Part shown: positions 1 to 10,837 of the stretch, piece by piece | Layout of the letters: each line of letters opens with the position of its first letter | How positions within the stretch are numbered: position 1 is the first letter of the stretch | NCBI GenBank assembly: GCA_963842885.1 | Contig: CAWJIE010000003.1 | Span: 64,001-128,000, forward strand | Origin: an uncultured Nitrososphaerota archaeon | GTDB lineage: Archaea > Thermoproteota > Nitrososphaeria > Conexivisphaerales > DTJL01 | Length of the DNA: 64,000 bases | Reading direction: 5' to 3' | Made by a program: the position numbers and the translations under genes | Notes under the pieces: generated by a model | What the model saw: the letters and a program-made list of their open reading frames with translations, nothing else | What the model was told of the DNA's origin: nothing | The model's database searches: none

Positions 1-155
1 ACGGGCAGGCCGAGGACAACCGCCGAGGTATCGATGCCACTCATCGTAACCCCTAGCATGACGACCGTGATTGCTATGTTGCGATAGCGCCGGTCCGGGG
101 CTGACGGGGTTTGGGTTGACCAGTTTGCCGCCGGGTTGGTTGATGACTCGTCCAA
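1..155 (-). CDS. MFS transporter (DHA2/EmrB-QacA-like), N-terminus only; runs off the window edge
   Basis: Manual translation from TTG at 155 gives ...RYRNIAITVVMLGVTMSGIDTSAVVLGLP, matching the DHA2 TM1 motif (lDxtivnvalP). Confidence 0.75.
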   Translation of the reverse strand, partial: MDESSTNPAANWSTQTPSAPDRRYRNIAITVVMLGVTMSGIDTSAVVLGLP

Positions 156-166
156 GGTGGGACCGC

Positions 167-469
167 CTATGACGAGGGGTCTGTCTTGGTTGTCTTCTTC
201 AAGACATAATCGAAGAACTTCTATGTCGTTCCGTTGTCAGAGGCCCATTCCGCGCGCAACCTTGTCTTCTTCTCCGCTCTTCTCAACGCGGAAAGGAGAG
301 AGCGGTTCAACTTCCTTGCGCTTTCGCCCTCCATCTCCGCCTCGATGACGAGCTCGCCTCCCGCCTCTTTGACGGAGCCTGTAATGATGGCTTGCTCCAG
401 GACAGGCTTGATGACCTTCGGATTCAAACTGCTCACTCGTGCCACGACTCTAAAATGACTGCTCACCAT
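167..469 (-). CDS. Small hypothetical protein with a probable premature TAG at 221-223
   Basis: The ORF track stops at 221, but the frame continues KFFDYVLKKTTKTDPSS* to 167. Codon usage is gene-like. Confidence 0.55.
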
Positions 470-655
470 CTGCGGTTCGAAGTCAAGGCAGCAGAACGCC
501 TAGAAAAGCGTTTCTTCTTACGGAGCAGCCAGCCGTAATTTGAATCGCATGGGACCAATCCCATGCGAGGGCAGGTCCCGGCTTTGGTCACTAGGGTGGA
601 ATGGTTCCTCGAATCTGGGCAGTCTGCCCACGTTTATTAGAGGCCTTGAGTCGCC

Positions 656-1915
656 ATGCCCACATTGGGCTCTGCTAGCTCCAGGAGCTACTTGCGTGAC
701 TTTGTGGCCTACTTTGGCCCGGCTCTGATAGTGAGCGTCGCCTACATGGACCCTGGGAACTATGGGACGGACATCAGCGGCGGCTCGTCCTTCGGCTACA
801 GCATGCTGTGGGTCGTCTGGCTCGCCGGGATCATGGCCATGCTGCTCCAGTACCTTTCGGGGAAGCTGGGGATAGCCACGGGCCTCTCCCTGCCGGAGCT
901 GATGCGCATCCGCCTGAAGAAACGCTCCTACATCTTGGCCTACTGGCTGGCAGCTGAAGCCGCTACGCTGATGACGGACCTGGCCGAGTTCCTAGGCACC
1001 GTCATCGCGCTCTATCTGCTCTTCGGGATACCGCTCCTGTACGGCACGTTCCTGTCGGTCCTGGACGTCTTCCTCATCTTCGGCGTGACCGGAGGCAACG
1101 TGAGGAAGCTGGAGTACGTCTTCATGGTGCTCATCTCCACCATCGGCATCGGATACGTCTTCGAGATCTTCATCACCGCCCCGCCCCTGATTCCGGTGGT
1201 GCTGGGATCCGTGATCCCCAACCTGGGCTCCTCAGGCAGGATGCTGATCGCCGTCGGCGTCGTAGGGGCGACCGTCATGCCTCACGCCATCTTCGTGCAT
1301 TCAGCGCTGGCCAACGACAAGGTCACCACGCCTGACGTCGAAACCAAACGCCGGGTGCTTGGCCTCCACAGGGTGGAGAGCCTGGTCATGTTCACGTTCG
1401 CGGGGCTCGTCAACGCGGCCATCATGGTAATGGCGGCGGCAGCCTTCGGCCAGCACCATCTGGCCGTGGCTACGATTCAGGACGCGTACCTGACCCTAAT
1501 GCCGCTCTTCGGAGGAGCCGCAGCGACGGCGTTCGCGGTGACTCTGCTGGCATCAGGGCTCTCGTCTTCGACGACGGCGACGATTGCCGGCCAGGCCATA
1601 ATGGAGGGGCTCCTAGGTCGGCGGACGAACCTCTGGGTCCGGAGGATCGTCACACGTGTTATCAATATGGTGCCGGTCACGATAGCGATCCTTGCGGGGA
1701 TAGCGCCTCTCAACATTCTGGTCTACAGCCAAGTGGCCCTCAGCATGCTCCTCCCTCTCCCTCTCCTGCCACTCTGGATACTCACGAAGGACCGGAAGTT
1801 GATGGGTAGCTTCGTCAACAGGAGGATCACCTCCGCGATCTCGGGGATCTTCATCGTGGTCATAGTGGCGCTCAATGCTCTGCTCCTCTACCTGAGCTTC
1901 GGTGGAAGCATCTAG
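656..1915 (+). CDS. mntH: Nramp family divalent metal (Mn2+/Fe2+) transporter
   Basis: AYMDPGN and GATVMPH motifs; SSSTTATIAGQAIMEG transport signature; about 11 TM segments. Confidence 0.95.
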   Translation: MPTLGSASSRSYLRDFVAYFGPALIVSVAYMDPGNYGTDISGGSSFGYSMLWVVWLAGIMAMLLQYLSGKLGIATGLSLPELMRIRLKKRSYILAYWLAAEAATLMTDLAEFLGTVIALYLLFGIPLLYGTFLSVLDVFLIFGVTGGNVRKLEYVFMVLISTIGIGYVFEIFITAPPLIPVVLGSVIPNLGSSGRMLIAVGVVGATVMPHAIFVHSALANDKVTTPDVETKRRVLGLHRVESLVMFTFAGLVNAAIMVMAAAAFGQHHLAVATIQDAYLTLMPLFGGAAATAFAVTLLASGLSSSTTATIAGQAIMEGLLGRRTNLWVRRIVTRVINMVPVTIAILAGIAPLNILVYSQVALSMLLPLPLLPLWILTKDRKLMGSFVNRRITSAISGIFIVVIVALNALLLYLSFGGSI

Positions 1916-2108
1916 AGCAAGTGGCATGCTCGTGAGCCCACTGGCCTTCCTAGGGGCAACAGGATCAGGCGAAGATAGGTCAGAAGGAACAGACCATACC
2001 GGACCAGCAGGCGCCGGTCGGTCTGAACGCCTTGCCCGGCTTTGACGGCCCCGGCGCCGGGGGGCCCCAAATCGGAGGCAGTCAGACCGCGCCGACCCTC
2101 GCGTCTGA

Positions 2109-2753
2109 TTACGCTCGGTTTGCGATCCTATGCACGGCAAGGGCGAAGACAATGAAGAGTGGAACGAGTGTAAGGTCGCTCAGGACCACAAATGCCTCGC
2201 CGAACCAGAACACGGCGAAAGACAGGAGCAGGGCAGAGACGACTACCTTCATGTTCGCCTGCTTCACCTTCCTAACTTGATTCCTCAGAAGATACGTCGC
2301 GACTACGACCACGGCGATTCCGGTGCCCATACCAACGACTGTCGATTGGAAGCTGCTGGGGAGCAGTGCCACGAGAACGATGGCTGCCTCGAAAGCTTCG
2401 ACCGCTCCGACTGAGAACCCCGTGGTCATCACGCCCTTTTCGAAGTGTTCTGGCGAGGAACTTCCCTTCCGGCTCCGGATGACTGACCGACGGGCGCTAC
2501 TGACTAATCGAAGGCCGAAGTAGAGGAGCAGCACGCCACCCACGAGCCTTACGTACACCTCGGGGAGAAGGGTGATGAGTGCCCCGAGCACGAACATGGG
2601 GACGAATACCGCCACGACTCCCAAGGCGACGTAGAGGAAGGCCGAGGTGCGCTTCGAGTCTACGTAGAGCGCGAGTCCTACCGCCGCGGCCTCCACCAGC
2701 TCCAGTGTAGTTATCCCGAGGGCAGCGAGAAATACTGCCACATCAAACGGCAA
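2109..2753 (-). CDS. COG4280-like integral membrane protein (duplicated ExxE motif), possible cation transporter
   Basis: Two repeats, LELVEAAAVGLA and VEAFEAAIVLVA; 6-7 TM segments. Confidence 0.7.
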   Translation of the reverse strand: MPFDVAVFLAALGITTLELVEAAAVGLALYVDSKRTSAFLYVALGVVAVFVPMFVLGALITLLPEVYVRLVGGVLLLYFGLRLVSSARRSVIRSRKGSSSPEHFEKGVMTTGFSVGAVEAFEAAIVLVALLPSSFQSTVVGMGTGIAVVVVATYLLRNQVRKVKQANMKVVVSALLLSFAVFWFGEAFVVLSDLTLVPLFIVFALAVHRIANRA

Positions 2754-2941
2754 ACTGACTGTAGTCCTCAGAGCTGCATGCTAAAACCGTTATGGCCGGG
2801 TGTCGTACAGTTATCGACTTAGATCAGGGATAGAAGCAAGCTGAAGCCGAGAAAGACAAGCAGCCAGAACAAGAAGTTGGCGACCATTGGAGGAGTAGAG
2901 TCCTACATGCTCGTCCGCTGACGCTCTTCTTCGCATCCGCA

Positions 2942-3364
2942 TTGGCCTCCGTCGCAATGACCGCAGGCGTCTACTTGGCGAGGCTGGAAGGCTACAACTT
3001 CTTGTCCCTACCAATCATGACTGCAGGTGTAGTCGCAATCATACTCTCCGCACAGGGATTCGGCCTCATACTGCCCGACGAGGCGCGCATCTTCCCAGAA
3101 CTCAGGAAGGAGCATCCGGGCGTCCAGAAGGTGGTGAAGCTCGGGATGGGGAGCATCTACCTCTCCGGGAGCCAGGGCGTGTTCCACACAGCCTTGATCG
3201 TGGTGGTGGCTTACCCGCCATTGAGTGAGCGGTCGGTCATGACCAGCTTGGCCAGTCGCCAACATGATCGAACGAGCCAAGTGAGCTCCGTCGAAATGGC
3301 CCTCCTCGGGCGGGGTGATGCAAAGGCTAAAGATGCCGATGTCGCTCCACACGTGGGGGCTTGA
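2942..3364 (+). CDS. Hypothetical membrane protein (boundaries uncertain, possibly decayed)
   Basis: Two hydrophobic segments at the N-terminus; the C-terminus overlaps the next gene. Confidence 0.3.
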   Translation: MASVAMTAGVYLARLEGYNFLSLPIMTAGVVAIILSAQGFGLILPDEARIFPELRKEHPGVQKVVKLGMGSIYLSGSQGVFHTALIVVVAYPPLSERSVMTSLASRQHDRTSQVSSVEMALLGRGDAKAKDADVAPHVGA

Positions 3365-3388
3365 TGTTGGAATGATACCTCCATCACG

Positions 3389-4361
3389 GATGGCTGGTTT
3401 GGTGAAGTATGTCGACAGCGTGAATTCGGAGCTCTCTCATCTCCCGTTCGGTGAGTCGACCCTAGCGGGGGCCGTCAGCGATTCTCTCTCCAACGGCGGG
3501 AAGAGGGTCAGAGCCGTACTCGCCCTGCTTTGGTGCGAAGTCTTCTCCGGCAGTTACGAGCCAGCCATCCCAATGGCGGTTGCCTACGAACTCGCGCACT
3601 CAGCTGCCCTCGTGGAGGACGACGTAATCGACCAATCCGATACAAGAAGGGGGAATGAATCCATCGTGCACAAGTACGGGCTGTCGCACGCCATCCTCGC
3701 CTCGAACATGTTACTCTTCAACGTGCCCAAGATGGTCTCGAGGTACAGGGACATGGACAGCGAGAGGCTCTGCAGGCTCTTCGACCTCGTTGGGGAGTGT
3801 TGCAGGGCAACAACCATGGGTGAGTTCCTCGACTTTCAGATGGCCCAGAGGGAGGACGTCAGCGAAGAGGAGTACGAAGACATGATTAGGCTCAAGACGG
3901 CCGCGCTTCTTGCTGCCCCTTCAGCCAGCGGAGCGATAGTGGGAGGCGCCTCTGATGGGGAGGTCGATACAGCCTACAGATTCGGAGAGCGGCTGGGCAT
4001 GGCCTATCAGATACGTGACGACCTTCTTGACATCATAGGGGATCAAGAGGTGCTTGGCAAGCCTGTCTTCACAGACGTGAAGAGCGGGAAGAAGAGCATA
4101 GTGCTCATCCATGCCCTATCGAAGTGCTCTGATGGGGAGAAGAGCTACATCGAGAGCCTCTTCAACAAGAAGCGTATCAGCGAGGATGAGATCAAGAGGG
4201 TGAAGAGAATAGTCTTCAAGTATGGCTCAGCGGATTACTGCGAGAAGAAAGCTGCCCGCTGCGTAGAATCTGCAAGAAAGCTGCTCGAGCCCATCAGGCC
4301 GTGCGAAGCGAGGACAGCCCTCCTCGGTCTCTGTGATTTCATTTCTGAGAGATACTACTAG
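3389..4361 (+). CDS. idsA: Polyprenyl diphosphate synthase (archaeal GGPP synthase type); start approximate
   Basis: GGKRVR, HSAALVEDDVIDQSDTRRG (FARM), KTA, YQIRDDLLD..GK (SARM). Confidence 0.93.
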
Positions 4362-4743
4362 AATAGGATGCCAGCGGATGCTGGCTGTCCTGCCAGATGC
4401 CCGATTGACTGCGACTTGTTCTGCACGCTCAAACCACGGGAGCTCATTGTAGCCGCCACCCCTACGAGGCCCTGGCTGACAAAGAGGACGGGAAGGCCCA
4501 CGGCGAGGCTTAGGTCAAGCAGATCAAGGAGGTGCACTGTGTCACCCCAGTCCAGATGGTCGAGCTAGTGAGGGTTAGGAATCGCCTCTCCGTCACTTGA
4601 TTCTCTTTTCACCCTCTGAGGCCCGACCTGACGGGACCCTCGGAAGAACGGCTGTGGGCCTCCGTGGCTTTCTCCTTGCCTCCCAGTCAGAGGCTCCCCC
4701 GCTTCGAAATGTTTTAACCACCCACGTAGAAACACAAGCCTAG

Positions 4744-6138
4744 ATGACCGATAAGCCAGCCACCATGGAGAGATTCGGAATCGAACACATCCCCGAGGAC
4801 CAGAGGCATGGCTCGACGGGGAGGGTGTTCACGCTTTGGTTCGCCGCGAACCTCACCATCGCCGATTACGTCATAGGTGTCCTCTGCGTGCTGGCGTTCC
4901 ACCTGACGTTGCTCCAAAGCATTCCGATTCTCGCTGCGGGAAACGTCCTCGGCGGCCTGGCGCTGGGACTCTCTGCGGCGATGGGCCCCAGACTGGGCTT
5001 TCCTCAGATGTTCTCCTCCAGGGCCGTTTTCGGTCGACGTGGGAACTACGTCCTTGGGATGGCGAACTGGATAAGCACCGCCGGCTGGTTTACGGTCAAT
5101 ACCATTCTGGGCGCGGAGGCCGTCGAGGCGGTCGCTCCTGGGCTCAGTTTCGTCGGGATCTCCATGCTGCTGGTCGCGCTGCAGGTCGTCATAGCCATCT
5201 TCGGGCATGATCTCATTCATTCCTTTGAGAAGGTGATGTCGGTGGTGCTGGGCGTCCTTTTCTTCGGGGTCTTCGTGATCTCCATCCCGCGTTTGGGTGA
5301 CGCGCTCGCCTTCATTCCCGCGGGCGCGTCCGACATCCCCTCCATCGGCTCAATCGGAATAGTCCTCGCCGTCTCCTTTTCATACATCATGAGCTGGGCG
5401 CCATATGCCTCCGATTACTCGAGGTATCTCCCGGCTACCATATCGGTCAGGAAGGTGGCTGCATTCGCCCTCGCCGGTGGCGCGTTGGCATCGTTCGCGA
5501 TAGAGATGATTGGCGGCATAGTTGGCAGCCTGACTCAGAGCTTTGACTACTTCGGGGCGCTGAAGTCCTTCGCGGGCACCTTCGGCACGGCGGCGGTGGT
5601 CGCCATAATACTTGGAGCAATGGCGGCGAACGCACTCAACATATACACTAACTCGCTTTCGGCACTCGTGCTTGATGTAAGGGTCAAGCGATGGGTTACT
5701 GTCATCGCTGGCGGGTTGGTTGGCCTTGCCCTCGCCATAGTCGGGGGCGCGAACTTCGAGTCCTTCTTCGAGAACTTCCTCCTGATTCTGGACTACTGGA
5801 TAACGCCTTGGCTCGCGATAATCTTGGTGGATTTCTTCGTCCTGAGAAGGACCACGGTCGAAAGCTGCCTACACGCCCGAAACTGGGAGGTGGGCGTCCT
5901 CTCCATCTATGGGCTCTCCATCCTGTGCTCGGTGCCATTCATGGTTCCGCCCACAACCGTCGGCTGGCCAGTCGGCTCGCTGGCCGGCTGGTTCGGCGGT
6001 GCCGACTTCAGCTACTATGTCTCGTTTTTTGTAGCAGGCCTCCTGTACTTCCTGTACCGAGAAAGGGCAGCCAGAAGTCAGCCCTTCGCTCACGAGAGCC
6101 TCACCTTCCCGCGAACACAGGCTTCCTCTTCTCGATGA
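4744..6138 (+). CDS. NCS1 purine/cytosine permease
   Basis: E.FGIEHIPE..RHG, WFAAN, GPRLGFPQM.SSRA.FG, SWAPYASDYSRY. TATA-like TTTTAA about 27 nt upstream (leaderless). Confidence 0.92.
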   Translation: MTDKPATMERFGIEHIPEDQRHGSTGRVFTLWFAANLTIADYVIGVLCVLAFHLTLLQSIPILAAGNVLGGLALGLSAAMGPRLGFPQMFSSRAVFGRRGNYVLGMANWISTAGWFTVNTILGAEAVEAVAPGLSFVGISMLLVALQVVIAIFGHDLIHSFEKVMSVVLGVLFFGVFVISIPRLGDALAFIPAGASDIPSIGSIGIVLAVSFSYIMSWAPYASDYSRYLPATISVRKVAAFALAGGALASFAIEMIGGIVGSLTQSFDYFGALKSFAGTFGTAAVVAIILGAMAANALNIYTNSLSALVLDVRVKRWVTVIAGGLVGLALAIVGGANFESFFENFLLILDYWITPWLAIILVDFFVLRRTTVESCLHARNWEVGVLSIYGLSILCSVPFMVPPTTVGWPVGSLAGWFGGADFSYYVSFFVAGLLYFLYRERAARSQPFAHESLTFPRTQASSSR

Positions 6139-6880
6139 AGGCTCTCATGCCCTCCGTCCTGTCCTCTGTGTCGAAGCATCTGGCGTAGAGCTCGACCTCC
6201 TTCTTCCCCACATCTCCCTCGAGCAGAGAGAACGTCGAGTTGACCAGGAGCTTGTTGTAACCCGTTGCGATGGGAGCAAGCCGGAGGACCTTCGCGGCGA
6301 CGGACTTGGCTTCGTCGAGGAGACGATCGGGTTTCACTACCCTGTTGGCCATCCCTATCTGGTGGGCTTCTTCGGCTGAGATGGCGTCCGCGGTCATGAA
6401 GAGGTACTTGGCCCTAAGCGGCCCGACGACATTGGGGAGGCGGCTGGTCCCCCCGAACGGCGTGATTATCCCCATCCTGGCCGAGGGGTCGCCGAACGAG
6501 GCCTTCTCGGACGCTATTACGATGTCACAGGAGATGGCGAGGTCGCTCCCAGCCCCTAGGGCGGCGCCGTTTACAGCTGCGATAATGGGCTTCGGCACGC
6601 CCTCCATCTTCCTTAGGACCTGGTGTGCCTCCTCTGCGAACTCCGCCGCCTCTCTGCTCGTCATCTTCGCCATCGCCTTTACGTCCCCCCCTGCGCAGAA
6701 GGCGGTCCCGGACCCGGTTATGATGAGAGCGCGGTCAAGATCTCTCTCCCCAAACTCGCTCAAGACCTGCCCTAACTCGGCCAGCGTCTGCCTGCGAAGG
6801 GCGTTCAGGACCGCCGGCCTGTTCAGCGTCACGACTACCAGACCTCCCTCCCTTCCGACAAGGAGGTCTTCGAAACTCAT
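6101..6880 (-). CDS. Enoyl-CoA hydratase/isomerase (crotonase) family protein
   Basis: LNRPAVLNAL, AFCAGGDV, KPIIAAVNGAALGAG, EGMRAFIEKRKPVF. Confidence 0.92.
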   Translation of the reverse strand: MSFEDLLVGREGGLVVVTLNRPAVLNALRRQTLAELGQVLSEFGERDLDRALIITGSGTAFCAGGDVKAMAKMTSREAAEFAEEAHQVLRKMEGVPKPIIAAVNGAALGAGSDLAISCDIVIASEKASFGDPSARMGIITPFGGTSRLPNVVGPLRAKYLFMTADAISAEEAHQIGMANRVVKPDRLLDEAKSVAAKVLRLAPIATGYNKLLVNSTFSLLEGDVGKKEVELYARCFDTEDRTEGMRAFIEKRKPVFAGR

Positions 6881-7210
6881 GGCCATGCCCACAACGGCAC
6901 GAATGCCCCGCCCTTATGTGCCTTCCCCGCTTTCAACAAGCGGTCGACGAGCGAGCACTTGGTGTCAGGACCGAATTTCTCCTCTTGATAAGACTTGGCA
7001 GCAGAGAGAACTGGAACTTGGGCATGACGCTCCCGAGAGCCGCTGCCACCATGCCTCGCCTCAATCCACCTGTTTCTTCTGGGATGGAATGCTGCGTATC
7101 CCTCGGTGGCCATTCATCCTTCTATGCAACACCTGTGCCGAATACCCTATGAGCACGAAGGCTAAGGAAGTCGAAGACCACACAGTCGTTCGTCCGCGAG
7201 CAAGGCAGAG

Positions 7211-8174
7211 TCATGCCGTCACGGGGGCAACCTCAACCTTCGTCGGGTTCTTCGAACGCATTGTGACGCTCATGTAAAGACCCAACATAATCGCGAGCAT
7301 CACCCCTCCAACTGCCGTGATGGTGAAATAGGCGGATGCCAACGGACCTGACGTCGTCACAGCATCGATCGAGATAGCCCCTCCTACTGCAGAAGGATAA
7401 ACCGAGAACTGAAGAGAGAATATTATGGCGCTAAGAACTGCGATGAAAATTGCTTTGTTCGATACAATCGATGCGGTCTTGTCCGACATGAAGAGGACTC
7501 CGGCGATCAAAGTGAGAGCGACTGGGATCAACATCCAAACAGAGACAAGCGACGGAGAATACAGGTAGAAGGAAAGAACAGAGAGGACGATGCCGGACGC
7601 GGTCACGGGCAGAACGATTTCTCTCATGGGGATCAGCGAATAGAATACAGGGCGCAACGCCGAAACCTATGACCAGCGTGCCGATCACGAAGAGGAGAGA
7701 CTCAGGCGAAGAAATCCACGCACCCAGTGAAAATGTCTCTTTGGTAAGATCAACGCCAGCGCCGCTGACCAGGGATGACAGAAGAACCAGAACAGTAAGC
7801 CCAAGGACAAGCGTCGAGACAGCATACGTCTTGTAGAGCTTCGCTTCGTCCAGCCACTCTCCTCTTGACTATGAATTCTCCGAAAGCTATGGACGTGTTC
7901 CTTGCAACAAAGAGGATCAAGAACACGATAAGCAATGGAGCGAAAATCGAAGCGACAGGGATGAGGAGGCTGGGATAGGCGAAATATCCCGTCACGACCC
8001 AGAACGCCCCAAACGTGCCAGTCACTTCCCAGATTGGGATGACGTATTCAAGAACATTGGACCTCGCCTTCCTCCAAGAATAGAAGCAGCAGGACCGAGC
8101 CCATTATCTCGGTTATGAGCAGCGAGGCAAATATCGAAAATACGGCATAATTTACCTCGAATACCAGGATTCAA
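7211..8174 (-). pseudogene. cydB: Cytochrome bd oxidase subunit II, split by four +1 frameshifts (probably sequencing errors)
   Basis: TTG overlaps the cydA stop. Removing single bases near 8165, 8075, 7860 and 7652 gives an uninterrupted 319-aa membrane protein with PIWEVTGTF (CydB PxW motif). Confidence 0.8.
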
Positions 8175-9562
8175 TAGTTGACACCTCCGCTGACCGTAGC
8201 TTCTTCCTGCCCTTGCTCCCCTTCCTCCGAGATCGAACCGGAATTGAAGACCCGCGAGAAGAAGTAGAACGTGAGAGGTAGCAGGATAATGTAGAAGGCC
8301 ACTATCAGGATGCCCGGGATCAGCATGGAAGAACTGTAATTGGCCGCCTGTTGGACAGTCATCACGTTGTAGACTATCCAGGGCTGTCTACCGACTTCAT
8401 CCGTCACCCATCCGAGCTCATAGATGATCAGAGCAACGAACGAGAGAGGGACCCAGCTATAGAGGAAGAGTCTTGACTCGTGGGGTTTCCTTTTCAAGAA
8501 TACCCATGTGACAAAATACGATACAAAGAACAAGGCCAGTAACATTCCACCAGCGAACATGATGTCGAACGTCGCGTGCACGTATAGAGGAGGCCAGGTT
8601 GAAGACGGAAACTGTGATAGGCCCGGGAGGGCTGTGATTCTAGCTTCGAGCCGCGCAAGAAGTGCCTGCGCTTGGGGGATTACTATGCCGCCAGAGAACT
8701 GCCCATTGACTAACCCGCCAAACAACTTCTCAGGAAGGTTGGTGCCCGGCGCCGGGTTCAGCTCAAACGCTGAATACTTGAGTGGTTGTAACTGTAATAG
8801 TGTCACCATCTCGTTCGAACCTGTCAGCCCCGACAGGAGTATCATTGCTATCCCGAGCACCGCTGTGATCTTCAATCCTTTGGTGAGCATCTTCCTTTCC
8901 TCGGCGTCCCTTGACCCAATACATCGCCAGGCAAAGTAGCCTCCAACGAGCATCGCTCCTGTGAACAGCGTCGTCGGAAGCACGTGTGCCAGTTCACCGA
9001 AAGTTGAAGACGTGATGAAAGCCGCCCAAGGATTGACCCCAACAACCTTGCCACTCTGAATGAATGTGGACTGATCGAATCCACTGGGCGTGTTCATCCA
9101 GGCGTTGACCATCGTGATGAACAGGGCCGAAAATATTGCACCCGTGGCAATGAGGACCGACAAAATCCAGTGCAAATACCCTCTGCCCCTGAAATAGTCG
9201 GCGTAGTAGATGTACAGGACGAGCGCGATAGTTTCCAGGAAGAAGGCGAAGACCTCCGCATAGAGGAGAGAGATAGCTCCCGTCTCGGACACGAGCGTCA
9301 TAAATGCAGGGAATAGGGCCATCAGCTCGACGGCCATGACGATGCCGCTAGCTGTTCCAACACCGAACGATATCACGAAGACCTTTGATAGACGCCTGCA
9401 AAGAGCCTCGTAATACTTGTCCTTTCTGCGTAATGAGAGGAATTCTGCAATCGAGATCACAACAATCAGGGCTATGCTCGTTGAGACAAGTACGATGTGA
9501 AACGCGATCGTGACAACGAAGAGGAACCTGTCAAATAGCACCATCATGCTCGCGTCGATCAA
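8171..9562 (-). CDS. cydA: Cytochrome bd quinol oxidase subunit I (short Q-loop)
   Basis: AFHIV (b595 His), GVGTASGI..E, EVFAFFLE, NAWMNTP, LAHVL (b558 His), QPLKYSAFE, GWVTDEVGRQPW. Confidence 0.96.
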   Translation of the reverse strand: MIDASMMVLFDRFLFVVTIAFHIVLVSTSIALIVVISIAEFLSLRRKDKYYEALCRRLSKVFVISFGVGTASGIVMAVELMALFPAFMTLVSETGAISLLYAEVFAFFLETIALVLYIYYADYFRGRGYLHWILSVLIATGAIFSALFITMVNAWMNTPSGFDQSTFIQSGKVVGVNPWAAFITSSTFGELAHVLPTTLFTGAMLVGGYFAWRCIGSRDAEERKMLTKGLKITAVLGIAMILLSGLTGSNEMVTLLQLQPLKYSAFELNPAPGTNLPEKLFGGLVNGQFSGGIVIPQAQALLARLEARITALPGLSQFPSSTWPPLYVHATFDIMFAGGMLLALFFVSYFVTWVFLKRKPHESRLFLYSWVPLSFVALIIYELGWVTDEVGRQPWIVYNVMTVQQAANYSSSMLIPGILIVAFYIILLPLTFYFFSRVFNSGSISEEGEQGQEEATVSGGVNY

Positions 9563-9599
9563 GTGGTTTTCTCCTCTGTTGTATAGCGAAAAACGGAAC

Positions 9600-9631
9600 C
9601 AAGATTCTTAAACTTTTCATGGCGAATCTTG
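9600..9631 (-). promoter_or_regulatory. cydAB promoter (BRE/TATA) bracketed by a perfect 8-bp inverted repeat
   Basis: CAAGATTC-N16-GAATCTTG. The spacer reads GAAAAGTTTAA on the minus strand. Confidence 0.55.
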
Positions 9632-9859
9632 TTCATGAAGCATCCATCCGATTTTCAAGGTTGAGAACAGAGCGCGGGGGTTCACGGACAAGGGTATGGA
9701 GAAAGAATAGAGGCACCATCAGGACGCGGATTGACAGAGATGTCTACCCTACGAGCTAATCAGCGTCGTCACCCGTTTGAGCGTTCCATTTCAGGCATCG
9801 ACTCGGCCGAGCGTGAGACGTCGTCATTTGAACAAGATATTTAAGCCGGGGAAGGGCGG

Positions 9860-10837
9860 TTGAACAGAACCTTGATAGTCGAGCTGGAGTCTCTCAGGAA
9901 GAAGTTCGGGGACCTTGTGGCCGTGGACGGCGCCACCTTCTCCATAAACGAAGGTGAAGTCTTCGGCCTCCTGGGGCCCAACGGGGCGGGGAAGACGACG
10001 ATTCTTCATATGCTGGCCACGCTGCTCAGGCCCACGGGTGGCAAGGCTAGGGTCAACGGCTACGACGTCGTCAGGGAGCCCGCGAAGGTCAGGAAGAGCA
10101 TCGGCATGGTCTTCCAGGAGCCCAGCTCCGACGACCTCCTGACGGGCTACGAGAACCTGAAGCTCCACGCCCTCCTCTACGGGGTCCCCCGAGGCATCAG
10201 AGAGAAGCGGATCAAGGAGGTCTTGGACCTCGTCGACCTGTGGGACAGGAGGGGGGACCTCGTCAAGCACTACTCCGGAGGGATGAGGAGGCGGCTCGAG
10301 ATCGCCCGGGGCCTCCTTCACAACCCGAAGGTCCTCTTCCTGGACGAGCCGACGCTGGGGCTGGACCCGCAGACGAGGGAGCACATCTGGCACTACATCG
10401 AGGGGCTGGTCGCCGAGCATAAGATCTCCATCATCATCACGACCCATTACATGGAGGAGGCGGACAGGCTCTGCGACAGGATAGCCATAGTGGACCACGG
10501 GAGGTTGGTCGTCCTGGACACCCCCGAGAACCTGAAGCAGGAGCTCGGGGGAGACATCGTGAAGCTGGAGATCAGGGAGCCCAACCTGAAGGCGGTCGAG
10601 TCGCTTCCCTATGTGAAGAAGGTGGAGGTGAAGGGTTCCGCCGTCTTCCTGACGGTGACGGACGCGGGCGCCCACATCCAGGAGATACTGTCTCTCGTCG
10701 GCAAGGTGAACACGGCGGAGCTGCGCCCTCCCTCTCTGGACGACGTCTTCATGCACTACACCGGGCGCGAATACAAGGAGCAGGGAGAGGAGGGGGGCTT
10801 CTGGGAGAGGGCCATGACGGCCAGTGAGAGACGATGA
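9860..10837 (+). CDS. ABC exporter ATP-binding protein (DrrA/NodI-like)
   Basis: GPNGAGKTT, YSGGMRRRLEIA, LFLDEPTLGLD, TTHYMEEAD. Confidence 0.95.
   Translation: MNRTLIVELESLRKKFGDLVAVDGATFSINEGEVFGLLGPNGAGKTTILHMLATLLRPTGGKARVNGYDVVREPAKVRKSIGMVFQEPSSDDLLTGYENLKLHALLYGVPRGIREKRIKEVLDLVDLWDRRGDLVKHYSGGMRRRLEIARGLLHNPKVLFLDEPTLGLDPQTREHIWHYIEGLVAEHKISIIITTHYMEEADRLCDRIAIVDHGRLVVLDTPENLKQELGGDIVKLEIREPNLKAVESLPYVKKVEVKGSAVFLTVTDAGAHIQEILSLVGKVNTAELRPPSLDDVFMHYTGREYKEQGEEGGFWERAMTASERR

Noticed and set aside
4560-4743. TPP riboswitch upstream of the NCS1 permease
   Set aside because: The CTGAGA and CCTGA..TAATGC..CG.AGG core is missing, and a TATA about 27 nt before the ATG implies a leaderless mRNA.
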